Positions 1-9,108 of a stretch of DNA of 38,537 nucleotides are shown piece after piece. The stretch lies in NCBI GenBank assembly GCA_041559695.1, contig JBFFCW010000003.1, forward strand, positions 1 to 38,537, read 5' to 3'. Numbering within the stretch: position 1 is the first letter of the stretch; each line of letters begins with the position of its first letter. A program made the translations under genes and the position numbers. This stretch comes from Desulfobacterales bacterium (GTDB lineage: Bacteria; Desulfobacterota; Desulfobacteria; Desulfobacterales; JAHEIW01). The notes under the pieces were generated by a model. The model did no database searches and was not told where the DNA came from. It worked only from the letters and a program-made list of their open reading frames with translations.

Positions 1-1
1 G

Positions 2-673
2 CTGCCGTCGGCGGCGGAAAAAGTCAAATCCTACAGCAAATGGAACAAAGATCTGTTGCGCTGGGTTCGTCAAAATCGCCCCTTGACCCTCTATCGCTCC
101 AAACGTTTTAAGCTGACCAGCGGTCCTGAAGAATCCAGAAGTGAGTTTTTGTCGCGGCTGACTCAGGCCGCCCGGGAAAAGCGCGATCTGGAAGTCGAAA
201 AGCTGCGCTGCAAATACAGTGCCAAATACAATACGCTTCAACGCCGCTTGATGCGCGCTGAACAGGCGCTGCAGCGGGAACAGGAGCAGGTCAAATTAAA
301 AAAAATGGAGACCATGGTTTCTTTTGGCACCGCCATTCTGGGCGCATTTCTGGGCCGCAAGGCCGTCAGCGCCGGTTCGGCCACACGATTCGGGACCGCT
401 GTCAAGTCTGCCGGTCGCATGCGCAAAGAAAGCATGGATGTTGCCCGGGCCCAGGAAACGGCCGCAGCCGTTAAACATGAAATGGGCGAACTCGATGAGC
501 GCCTGCAGAGCGATATCGACAGCCTTGATGCCGCCTTTGATCCGGCTGCCGAAGAGCTGGAAGAGGTTACGGTGAAACCGCAAAGCACCAACATTACGCT
601 GGAAGCCTTCGGTCTGACCTGGATGCCGTATCGCAAAGATGCCGGCGGACGGCTATCACCAGATTGGCAGTAG
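2..673 (+). CDS. 5'-partial gene; C-terminal coiled-coil part of a probable HerA/DUF87-like ATP-binding protein
   Basis: Frame is open from position 2 (LPSAAEKVKSYSKWNKDLLRWVRQ...), so the TTG at 56 is not the start. The coiled coil, GTAILGAFLGRK and ...FGLTWMPY resemble the tails of DUF87/HerA-like ATPases (recollection; the ATPase domain lies outside the window). Confidence 0.55.
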   Translation: MPSAAEKVKSYSKWNKDLLRWVRQNRPLTLYRSKRFKLTSGPEESRSEFLSRLTQAAREKRDLEVEKLRCKYSAKYNTLQRRLMRAEQALQREQEQVKLKKMETMVSFGTAILGAFLGRKAVSAGSATRFGTAVKSAGRMRKESMDVARAQETAAAVKHEMGELDERLQSDIDSLDAAFDPAAEELEEVTVKPQSTNITLEAFGLTWMPYRKDAGGRLSPDWQ

Positions 674-676
674 AAG

Positions 677-825
677 AAAGTGACTAAAATTATCGCTCAC
701 CTCAGAGACGCAGAGTCCGCAGAGGTTTTTTATAAAAAAATTTTATCTCTGCACTCTCTGCGTCTCTGCGGTGAAACATTTAAAAATGACACAACTCCTC
801 GACTCTAGTGCACTTTAGTCACTTT
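677..825. repeat. Nested palindromic intergenic element: outer 12-bp inverted repeat, inner CGCAGAG-type element
   Basis: Outer AAAGTGACTAAA 677-688 / TTTAGTCACTTT 814-825. Inner TCACCTCAGAGACGCAGAG 697-715 / CTCTGCGTCTCTGCGGTGA 756-774 around an AT-rich spacer. Confidence 0.85.
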
Positions 826-919
826 TTCCCCTTAAACCTCGCTTGCAAATTATCCGCACTAACGATATGGCTTAGCATCTTTTTAACCACGACGACGGTT
901 AATTTTTTGACGAGGAAAA

Positions 920-2314
920 ATGCATTCTCGGTTTTCAGATCATAAAGAAAGTAAACCCTACCGGAAAGTCCTGCGTGTCAGTGTGCCGCTGGTGCTCAGT
1001 ATGTCTTCAACGATGATCATGGAGTTTACCGACCGGGTTTTTCTGGCAAATTATTCACTGGATGCCATTGCCGCTGCGCTGCCGGCGGGCATCACCGCAT
1101 TTTTGTTGATTTCATTTTTTCTGGGTACCGCCCAATATCTAAATGTCTTTGTGGCCCAGTATAGTGGATCCGGCCAGCCGCAGCGGGTTGGTGCGGCCCT
1201 GTGGCAGGGGATTTATTTCTCCCTTCTTTCAGGAGGGGCGCTGGCCGCTCTGAGTTTTTTGGCTGAACCGCTCTTTCGGCTTAGCGGACATCCAATAGAG
1301 GTGCAGGTATTAGAGGTTGTTTATTTCAAAGTCCTTTGCCTGGGCGCGGGAATCCTGATTGTGGGAACCACACTGTCCTGCTTTTTTAGCGGGCGGGGCC
1401 ATACGCGACTCGTGATGATTATCACGATGATCGGAACCCTTTTCAATATCCCTTTGGATTATGCCTTGATCAATGGTATCTGGATTTTCCCGGAATGGGG
1501 GATCCGGGGAGCCGCGATTGCCACCGTTATGTCCTGGTCGCTGGCCACGCTTATTTTTACGCTTCTGGTTTTTACACGGGAAAATGACCGCACTTTTAAA
1601 GTGCTGACCCATCGTGCGCTCGAAAGCGATCTTTTCAGCCGTCTCATGCGTTATGGCTTGCCCAGTGCAATTCAGTTTAGCCTGGACATTTTCGCTTTTA
1701 CCTTCTTTATCTTTATGGTGGGACGTATTGGCAAGACCCAGCTGGCGGCCACCAATATCGTGTTTTCAATCAATTCATTGGCCTTCATGCCGATGATGGG
1801 ATTTTCTTTGGGCACCAGTACGCTGGTGGGACAGGCTCTGGGCCGCAACCGGGTTGCTGAAGCGATTGCTGCCACGAAAGCAACGATTCATATTGTTTTA
1901 GGCTATATTTTTATTTTGCTGATTCTTTTTTTGTTTCTTCCACAACCCCTGCTCGAGCTTTTCCAACCGCGACATTTGGCGTTGGAAAATTTTGCTCCCA
2001 TCATTTCAATCGGAATCGTACTTTTACGGTTTGTGGCGGCTTATATATTTTTCGATGCCCTGTACATGGTCTGCATCGGCGTGCTCAAAGGTGCCGGAGA
2101 TACCCGCTTTATTATGTTAAGTATCGGTGTGCTCTCATTGGCTATTATGATCCTGCCGGTTTACATCGGCGTGGAAGTGTTTGGTGCCGGGTTATATTAC
2201 GCCTGGAGTTGTGCCACCGGGTTTGTTTTCTTTTTATTTGCCACATCTTTTTGGCGTTATCGTCAGGGCCGCTGGAAAAATGTGCGGGTGATCGAACGTG
2301 CTCCAGAAATTTAA
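920..2314 (+). CDS. MATE family efflux transporter
   Basis: 464 aa, about 12 TM segments; motifs FTDRVFLA, NIPLDYALI, GIRGAAIAT, GVLKGAGDT; GAGGA RBS upstream. Confidence 0.93.
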   Translation: MHSRFSDHKESKPYRKVLRVSVPLVLSMSSTMIMEFTDRVFLANYSLDAIAAALPAGITAFLLISFFLGTAQYLNVFVAQYSGSGQPQRVGAALWQGIYFSLLSGGALAALSFLAEPLFRLSGHPIEVQVLEVVYFKVLCLGAGILIVGTTLSCFFSGRGHTRLVMIITMIGTLFNIPLDYALINGIWIFPEWGIRGAAIATVMSWSLATLIFTLLVFTRENDRTFKVLTHRALESDLFSRLMRYGLPSAIQFSLDIFAFTFFIFMVGRIGKTQLAATNIVFSINSLAFMPMMGFSLGTSTLVGQALGRNRVAEAIAATKATIHIVLGYIFILLILFLFLPQPLLELFQPRHLALENFAPIISIGIVLLRFVAAYIFFDALYMVCIGVLKGAGDTRFIMLSIGVLSLAIMILPVYIGVEVFGAGLYYAWSCATGFVFFLFATSFWRYRQGRWKNVRVIERAPEI

Positions 2315-2368
2315 TCCCACGAAATGCTTTCGGGCAGCATCTAATATTCATCTGCCGTAGTTTTTCTT

Positions 2369-2397
2369 TTGACAGCAAAATTTCTTTTTCTTAGTAT
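2369..2397 (+). promoter_or_regulatory. Putative sigma70 promoter for the DUF4384-cyclase pair
   Basis: TTGACA (2369-2374)-N17-TAGTAT (2392-2397). Confidence 0.55.
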
Positions 2398-2452
2398 ATT
2401 CGGCGAATGATCCGGTCTTAAATGATGTATTGACTGAAATGGAGGCTGCCAA

Positions 2453-3157
2453 ATGAAAACACTTCGGTTGGTTGGTATCATTATAACATCTCTGTTCTGT
2501 CTGTTTTTTTTGTTAGATACCCACGCGGCTGTGCACGCCCAGCAAACTGCACCTCCGTCCGATGACAGCATTAAATTTCAGTGGGCTTTCGGCGCCCTGA
2601 AAAAAGCCAATGGATCCAAATTTGAAGCGGTCACGCGTGACACGGTTCTAAAAACCGGCGATCAAATCAAATTTTTTATAAATGTCAACCAGGACTGTTT
2701 TGTTTATCTGATCTACCGCAGCTCACAGGGTGAACTCAGCGTATTGTTTCCCAAACGGTTCCAGTTACTGAGCACTGAATACACCGTGGCCGGCGATCAC
2801 TATATCCCCACCGATGATCAATGGTTCGAACTGGATGAGCACACCGGAGAAGAACGCTTCTATTTGCTTGCTTCTGTGAAGCGCCTGACTGAATTGGAGG
2901 CGCATATCAACGACTATGAAAGTGCCGATAAAGCTAAAAAGCCGCCGCTGGCCAAAAAAATTCTCACCGAAATTCGCAAATTAAGAAAACAACACCTGAA
3001 ATTTAAAACCTATGCCGAGCGGCCGGTGAACATTATCGGAAATTTGCGAGGTACCGAAAAGGCTGAGCCGGAAGGGGCTAGAGACATTGCCAAATATGCC
3101 GTAGAGATTTCAGCCGATACGTTTTATAGCAGGACCTTTACGATTGACCATCAGTAA
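2453..3157 (+). CDS. Secreted DUF4384-domain protein
   Basis: Signal peptide; LKTGDQIKFFI...CFVYLIY...GELSVLFP...GEERFYLLAS pattern typical of DUF4384; GGAGG RBS. Confidence 0.8.
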   Translation: MKTLRLVGIIITSLFCLFFLLDTHAAVHAQQTAPPSDDSIKFQWAFGALKKANGSKFEAVTRDTVLKTGDQIKFFINVNQDCFVYLIYRSSQGELSVLFPKRFQLLSTEYTVAGDHYIPTDDQWFELDEHTGEERFYLLASVKRLTELEAHINDYESADKAKKPPLAKKILTEIRKLRKQHLKFKTYAERPVNIIGNLRGTEKAEPEGARDIAKYAVEISADTFYSRTFTIDHQ

Positions 3158-3158
3158 A

Positions 3159-5501
3159 ATGCGAAGCATACGCCTTCCGATCGTATTAATCCTATCCGCT
3201 TTTTTTGCGGCCCACCTGTGTTTTTGGCTTTTGCCGAATGTCTTCGAGATTTGGAATTCCCAGACGATCGATCAACTTTTCATTTTTCGATCGCGAAATG
3301 AAAACCTTCGTCCGGATTACGACCCCACGGTTGTTCATCTGGATTTTAACAACACCAGTATTGAGCGGTTAAAGAATCTTTACCTGAACCGGCTTCATTT
3401 TGCCCAGCTGATTCGCAATCTGGCGTCCATGCAGGTCGCTGCCCAGGTTTACGATTTCATTTTTGCTGCCAAATTAAATGCCCAGGATGATCACGAACTG
3501 ATTCAAGCCGCCAAAGCAGCCGGCAATGCCTATTTTGGCCTGGCCCTGGAATTGCGAAAACCCGGTGAGCCGGGAATCCGCAAAAAAATTGCTTCAAAAG
3601 GCAGTAGTTATGTGCTCCAGACCTATTGGAATATTGGTGTGGATGCAGTCGATGATAAGCTTTATGTGGGCGAAAATCCACTGACCACCTATGCCGAGCT
3701 GGCGAATGCGTCCCGTGCGCTGGGGTCGCTGAGCGTTAAATTTGACCCCGATGGTGTTCTGCGACGCGTGCCGCTGCTGGTGCGTTTTGAAGATGCGTTT
3801 TATCCGCTTTTGCCGCTGCGCGTCATTTGTGACTATCTTCAGGTGCCGCCGGGAAAAATTGTGCTCGCAGCCGGACGGCATCTTATCCTGCAGGACGCCA
3901 TCCGGCCGGGATTGCCTGGCTCAAAACCTCACGATATCAAGATTCCCATTGATCGCCATGACAATATGATCGTCAACTATATTGGTCCGTGGGAGCGCAT
4001 GGACCACTATAATTTTGCCGACATTTTACGTGCCTCCGACGATCGTGATGAACTGGAAATCTGGGCTGAAGAACTAAACGGCAAAATCATCATTATTTCG
4101 GATGTGTCCACCGGCTCAACGGATGTCGGGCCGGTGCCGACCGATGCGAATTATCCCCTGAGCGGGGTGCATGCCAATGTGATTCACAATATTCTGACGG
4201 AATCCTTTCTCAGAGAGCTGTCCGAATGGGAAATGCTGCTTATCGAGATCTTGCTGTTAGCGGTGCTCCTTTTGCTTTCAATTCGTTTTTCTTCCCTGAC
4301 CTTTTCCCTGGGCACGGCTTTTGTTGCAGCAGCTTACATTGGTGTCGCGATGTTGAGTTTTTTATACGCGCAGGTCATCTTTAACCTTGTTCGTCCGCTG
4401 TTGATTATTGGTTTTGCCATGGTTGCCATCGTGGTTTACCGCTACGTTTTGGAAGAAAAGGCCAAGATGGAAAGCCTGCGCCAGCGAGATTTCATCCGCG
4501 ACACCTTCGGCCGCTATCTCAGCAGTGAAGTGGTTGAAGAACTGCTGGGTTCACCCGAAGGCTTGAAAATGAGCGGTGAAAACCGCGAGGTTACTTTTAT
4601 GGTTTCAGATCTGAGGGGATTTACGGCCCTCACATCCAGGCTTTCCCCCCATGAGGTTATCGAAATAATGAACCGGTATTTCGAATATATGGTTGAAATC
4701 ATTGCCCGCTATCGGGGGACGGTGAATGAGTTTATGGGTGATGGCATCTTGGCATTTTTTGGCGCGCCCCTGTATGCCGATGACGATCCGGAACGGGCGG
4801 TGGCCTGCGCCATCGAGATGCAAAATGCGATGGTGACGGTGAATGCCGAGCAGCGCCGGCTCAAACTGCCGAATCTTGATATGGGGATCGGCATTAATAC
4901 CGGTGAGGTGGTGGTCGGCAATATCGGCTCCGAGCAACGCGCTTCCTATGGCGCCGTTGGGACGCCGATTAACGCGGCCTATCGCATCGAGTCTTTCACC
5001 GTTGGCGGTCAAGTTCTAATCAGTCCCAGCACTTATGAAAAAGTGCAATCGCGGGTCAGCATCATCGGGACCAAGGAAGTCAAATTCAAGGGACTTGATC
5101 AGCCCGTATGCCTTTACGATGTTGGCGGTATCGGTGATCCCTATCAGGTTTTTTTGCCGGAAAAAGAAGCGGTTTCGCTGACCCAACTGAATCCGCCCTT
5201 GCCAATTGAATGCTTTCTGGTTGAAGGCAAAACCGTGTCCGGTACAGCGATTGACGGCCGCATTACCCACCTTGCAGGAAATGAGGCCGAAGTGGTTTTA
5301 GATGAAAAGCTATCGGACTTTACTAACCTGAGAATCGTACTGGTATCTTCTGAAGCCCGCGGGCTATCGGAATTTTATGCGAAAGTTTTGCCCCAGGATA
5401 AACCAGACGGTTCCGCTTCAGAACACCGCGCACAACTGCAATTTACCTCTATACCTCAAGACACCAAAGAATTTCTGGGCAAAAGGCAATCTGAGGGCTG
5501 A
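3159..5501 (+). CDS. CHASE2-domain class III nucleotide cyclase, Cya2-like (possible guanylyl cyclase)
   Basis: N-terminal TM; CHASE2 motifs DPDGVLRRVPL and GVHANVIHNIL; 3 TMs; cyclase motifs SDLRGFT, EFMGDG, GIGINTGEVVVGNIGS, INAAYRIE. The ATG at 3159 lies 1 nt after the upstream stop and is preferred to the TTG at 3144. Confidence 0.9.
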   Translation: MRSIRLPIVLILSAFFAAHLCFWLLPNVFEIWNSQTIDQLFIFRSRNENLRPDYDPTVVHLDFNNTSIERLKNLYLNRLHFAQLIRNLASMQVAAQVYDFIFAAKLNAQDDHELIQAAKAAGNAYFGLALELRKPGEPGIRKKIASKGSSYVLQTYWNIGVDAVDDKLYVGENPLTTYAELANASRALGSLSVKFDPDGVLRRVPLLVRFEDAFYPLLPLRVICDYLQVPPGKIVLAAGRHLILQDAIRPGLPGSKPHDIKIPIDRHDNMIVNYIGPWERMDHYNFADILRASDDRDELEIWAEELNGKIIIISDVSTGSTDVGPVPTDANYPLSGVHANVIHNILTESFLRELSEWEMLLIEILLLAVLLLLSIRFSSLTFSLGTAFVAAAYIGVAMLSFLYAQVIFNLVRPLLIIGFAMVAIVVYRYVLEEKAKMESLRQRDFIRDTFGRYLSSEVVEELLGSPEGLKMSGENREVTFMVSDLRGFTALTSRLSPHEVIEIMNRYFEYMVEIIARYRGTVNEFMGDGILAFFGAPLYADDDPERAVACAIEMQNAMVTVNAEQRRLKLPNLDMGIGINTGEVVVGNIGSEQRASYGAVGTPINAAYRIESFTVGGQVLISPSTYEKVQSRVSIIGTKEVKFKGLDQPVCLYDVGGIGDPYQVFLPEKEAVSLTQLNPPLPIECFLVEGKTVSGTAIDGRITHLAGNEAEVVLDEKLSDFTNLRIVLVSSEARGLSEFYAKVLPQDKPDGSASEHRAQLQFTSIPQDTKEFLGKRQSEG

Positions 5502-5556
5502 TTGTCTTCAGGCGGATAGCCTCAATTCGGGTTAGGCGATTGTGTAAAGCAATTTT

Positions 5557-6885
5557 TTATACCGCCCGGTACAGGTTGTTCATATATTCTACGGCAAATT
5601 CCCTGGCCATACTTCTATCGGGCATGGTGCCCAGCATGGCATACATGGCGGCCTGTTCCGAGAGGTCCTGGGAGTCGGCCGGGGGGACTTCAGGAGCGAT
5701 ACGGCGCAAGTCATCAAGGAATTTATCCGCAACCGGCAGATGCACCGGAGATACCGTCATGTGAAGGCTGGGCGGTAATTGCTGGGCTTCAATGTGCCAG
5801 CCGACCTCGGCCATCCGGGCCGACAGCTCGTAGATATTAATTTGGTCGCTGCTGAAAGCAAAAACGGTCGCATCCGGATCCCCCAGAACATATAGTTGCG
5901 GTATGGCGTTGATTCCTTCTATGAGTTTTTCAGTGGCCGCCCGGGCTTTTTGCGCCAGCGCCATAAAACCTTCCGCTCCAAGGTAATGCATTACCGCCCA
6001 TGCGGCCGCCATCGTGCCGCCGGGGCGGGCGCCGGCCAAACAGGGGGTTGCGTAAACGCCCCCGGACCAATCCGCGTAAGCAAAGATTTGAAATTTGCGA
6101 AAATCGCGGTTGCGGTACATAACGGTTGAAACCCCCTTGGGGGTATAAGCGTATTTATGGATGTCGGCCGAGATGGACGTCACACCCGGTACGCTGAAAT
6201 CATAGGGCGGAATTTTGTGTCCCAGGCGTTTTAGAAACGGCAGCATCAATCCTCCCAGGCAAGCGTCCACATGCAGCCAGAGGTTTTTCTTCTCTGCGAG
6301 CGCGCCAATTTCTTCTATCGGGTCTACCATGCCGTGTGGATAGGTGACCGCGGTGCCGCCTAAAATGATGGTGTTTTTCGTGATCGCGTTTTTCAGGGCA
6401 GCCACATCGGCCCGCAGGTCATCTTTTACCGGTGTCATAATTATTTTAAGTCCCAGATAGTGCGCGGCCTTATTCCAGGCCGGGTGGGCGGTTACCGGCA
6501 CCACCATCTCAGGCGCCTTAATCCGGGGATAGGTGTGCCGGGCCCAATCGCGAGCTGCTTTCAAGGCCATAAAAATACTTTCGGTACCCCCGCTGGTAAA
6601 GCTTCCGACGGTTTCATCGTCGCCGCCGCTCAAGGAGATGACGTTAGAAACCACTTCGGTTTCCATTTTTACCAGACTCGGAAAGGCCATCGGGCTCAGG
6701 CCGTTTTCAATCAAAAAAAGAGCGCTGGCCTCTTTTACAAGCGCCTCGACTTCCGGACCGGCTCCGTAAATCAGGCCGAACAGCTGGCCGTCATGCCATT
6801 TGACATCATCGGATTTAAATGACTTCAGGGTGTTCAACACGTCTTCTTTTGGCATGCCTTTTTTGGGCAGCGAGATTTGTCCCAT
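5557..6885 (-). CDS. PLP-dependent group II decarboxylase family, sphingosine-1-phosphate-lyase-like
   Basis: FTSGGTESI, AHPAWNKAAHY, LHVDACLGG, SISADIHKY (PLP Lys) and WSGGVYATP match the S1P lyase (Dpl1-like) branch; GGAGG RBS. Confidence 0.85.
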   Translation of the reverse strand: MGQISLPKKGMPKEDVLNTLKSFKSDDVKWHDGQLFGLIYGAGPEVEALVKEASALFLIENGLSPMAFPSLVKMETEVVSNVISLSGGDDETVGSFTSGGTESIFMALKAARDWARHTYPRIKAPEMVVPVTAHPAWNKAAHYLGLKIIMTPVKDDLRADVAALKNAITKNTIILGGTAVTYPHGMVDPIEEIGALAEKKNLWLHVDACLGGLMLPFLKRLGHKIPPYDFSVPGVTSISADIHKYAYTPKGVSTVMYRNRDFRKFQIFAYADWSGGVYATPCLAGARPGGTMAAAWAVMHYLGAEGFMALAQKARAATEKLIEGINAIPQLYVLGDPDATVFAFSSDQINIYELSARMAEVGWHIEAQQLPPSLHMTVSPVHLPVADKFLDDLRRIAPEVPPADSQDLSEQAAMYAMLGTMPDRSMAREFAVEYMNNLYRAV

Positions 6886-6959
6886 TCTCCATCCTCCGTT
6901 TTACTTTTAATATTTCACACCGGTACCATAACTGCACAAAGTACCAAGGGCATACTATA

Positions 6960-7015
6960 AGGTTTCGGGTGTCAGGTGTCAGGCTCGAAGAACAAAGGAT
7001 TCGAAACCCGAACAC
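6960..7015. repeat. Heptamer-arm palindromic element downstream of the four-helix-bundle gene
   Basis: AGGTTTC GGGTGTC AGGTGTC AGG (6960-6983), a short spacer, then the degenerate inverted arm CGAAACCCGAACAC (7002-7015). Confidence 0.8.
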
Positions 7016-7028
7016 TCAAGCTTAAAGC

Positions 7029-7499
7029 TTACTCCGTAACCGCTGGCCATCCATGCGGGAGAATTTCATCATTTGAGCCAAACACTTCCGGTTCCTCTGC
7101 TATTTGCCAGCGTTGCTCTCGTTCTGGGATCTTCCGCTCCAATGTTTTCTCTGATCCATTGAGCATGCGAATGCATTCTTTGCAAAGGCCCCGAAATTTT
7201 AAATATACCTCTTCGGAGATATATCCTTTGAGTTTAGCCATAAACAGGTGATGAATTGTCTCAGCTGCTTCACCTCGGCTGCGATTTACGCCTTCAATTT
7301 TATTACGGATATGCCGATCATCATTTTTCTCGGCAAGTTGGGCAGGTGCGCTGTTTGACGAATGCCTTGCCTGACTTCCCAACTCGTACTTCTCTTCTTG
7401 GGGCCAGGTGTGTGTCAAATCACAAACATCAATGTGCAACCGGCACAATTTTTTATAGACCTCAAGTTCCTCGACTTCCAAATAGTTCTTCGCAGTCAT
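7029..7499 (-). CDS. Four-helix-bundle protein (23S rRNA IVP-like family)
   Basis: ELEVYK...WPQEEKYELGSQARHSSNSAPAQLAE...SRGEAAET...AKLKGYI...IRMLNG is the family pattern. Start placed at ATG 7499 behind GAGAGGAG; the ORF-track extension to 7535 translates the repeat arm. Confidence 0.88.
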   Translation of the reverse strand: MTAKNYLEVEELEVYKKLCRLHIDVCDLTHTWPQEEKYELGSQARHSSNSAPAQLAEKNDDRHIRNKIEGVNRSRGEAAETIHHLFMAKLKGYISEEVYLKFRGLCKECIRMLNGSEKTLERKIPEREQRWQIAEEPEVFGSNDEILPHGWPAVTE

Positions 7500-7515
7500 T
7501 TCGCTCCTCTCAAAA

Positions 7516-7531
7516 CCTGACACCTGACACC
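7516..7531. repeat. Heptamer arm upstream of the four-helix-bundle gene
   Basis: CCTGACACCTGACACC is the exact reverse complement of 6968-6983 and abuts the symporter stop codon (7532-7534). Confidence 0.88.
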
Positions 7532-8893
7532 TCATATAGTTGGCCCCCAGAATTTAAGCGCGCGAATCAGCGCCAGCCCCACTGCCATCACGCCCAGAAA
7601 GACGAGCGAGGTGGCCCCAGCCCCCCAGTTCCACCAGACCGGGGCATTCACCAGCAGCAAACAACCGCCGATAGGCACGATGGAAAGGACATTCATCACC
7701 GCGATTTCGATGGCCACCGGAGTCTTAAAATCCGGGTCTGCGATCCGTAAAAGTAAAAGCCCGCAGGAGACGGTTCCGGTTACCGCCCCGTAGACAGCGG
7801 CCGTTCTTTCGAGGTTGTTGTCCCACAGGCGCTTTCCCAGGTAAACAACCATTATCGTGGTCAAAACGCCGTTGAGGATTGAAATCAGGAAAATGGGAAG
7901 CGCATATTTCCATACCACCAGAAATTGAATGGCCATCACCGTCGCCACGATCAGGAAATCGATGGACCATCCGGTAATTCTGCGCTGGATGCCGGGGTCA
8001 ATCAAATGTTGGGCACCAAATTTTTGGATCAGCATCCGGACGCAGATCGCAAAAAGAAGCCCGAACACAAAGAAAAATCCCCACATAATCTTAGCGGCAT
8101 CCGGCGGCAGCAGCAACCCCGTATATTTCACGAACCCGTAGGTCAGGAGGTAAACCAGCCCGACCAAGGCAGCCTGAAACGCCATTGAATCAACGTTGCC
8201 TGCATGCAGGGTCAGCTTACCGGCTGTTTCGGTCTGTTTGTCCCGGGGTATGATTCCGGTGAGAAAGTCCCGGGGTAACGCTTTCGCGCCGTAAGTGGCC
8301 AGCCCGTTTCGGATTCCCCGGTTGACGATCGGCACGCCCACAAAAAACGCAAACAGGTAACCGATGGCAGCAAAGGTCAGCCCGATTGTGGCGGCCTGTT
8401 CAAAGCCGAAACCCTCCCAGACTTTTCCGACCGACAGGGCCTGGCCGGGCCCTTCCTCAAATCCCAGGGGCGCCAGAAAACCAAACGTCGGAAAAAGCTC
8501 CATTCCCAGGACCCCGAAAAGTATGACCAGCAGACCGCCCACGGCCGCCTGCAGGCCAAAACACGAACCCTGGACCAGCGCCATCCAGGCCGGCCCCCGG
8601 ATAAACGCTTTGCCGCGGGGCGAGCTGTCTTTTTGGTCGGTGCTGTGGGTCAGCCCGACCGAAATAAAGGAGATATTGAAGAAATGATAGGCAAATATTT
8701 CCAGATCCGAAACGGCAATATTGATAACCCGGAAATTAACAAGGATCAGGCCGACGATGCCGCCGATGAGGCAGCTCGGAAAGAGAAATCTCTGAAAAAA
8801 GGGAACCCTGGCTCTCAGCAGCACGCCGATCAGCAGCATGCTTGCCAGCCAGCCGAAAACCAGCATGGATTCAAAAGGAAACGGGGCTGTCAT
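7532..8893 (-). CDS. Sodium/glutamate symporter (GltS/ESS family)
   Basis: Polytopic; PSCLIGG, GFEEGPGQA (variant of GGHGT), GLTFAAIG, YGAVTGTVSCGLLLLRIADP. Confidence 0.85.
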   Translation of the reverse strand: MTAPFPFESMLVFGWLASMLLIGVLLRARVPFFQRFLFPSCLIGGIVGLILVNFRVINIAVSDLEIFAYHFFNISFISVGLTHSTDQKDSSPRGKAFIRGPAWMALVQGSCFGLQAAVGGLLVILFGVLGMELFPTFGFLAPLGFEEGPGQALSVGKVWEGFGFEQAATIGLTFAAIGYLFAFFVGVPIVNRGIRNGLATYGAKALPRDFLTGIIPRDKQTETAGKLTLHAGNVDSMAFQAALVGLVYLLTYGFVKYTGLLLPPDAAKIMWGFFFVFGLLFAICVRMLIQKFGAQHLIDPGIQRRITGWSIDFLIVATVMAIQFLVVWKYALPIFLISILNGVLTTIMVVYLGKRLWDNNLERTAAVYGAVTGTVSCGLLLLRIADPDFKTPVAIEIAVMNVLSIVPIGGCLLLVNAPVWWNWGAGATSLVFLGVMAVGLALIRALKFWGPTI

Positions 8894-9108
8894 TTCTACC
8901 CTCTCGTTTGGCTGCTATTGGGAAGTTTTTAAACAGTGTGATTGCAGGACAGGTCAGAATAGGGGATCAGGAAAACCCTGTCAATTAATAATGATCTCAT
9001 ATCAACAGCTCCTTTTAAATCGATCATAGCAAGATCTTATCGATTGACATTTAGGTCCCAATAAAACATAAAAAAATAGATCAATTTCTAACCGAAAGGA
9101 GGTCTGAG

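Noticed and set aside
7029-7499. Diversity-generating retroelement (Avd-like gene) or rRNA intervening sequence
   Set aside because: No reverse transcriptase, no TR/VR pair noticed, and no rRNA sequence around the gene.
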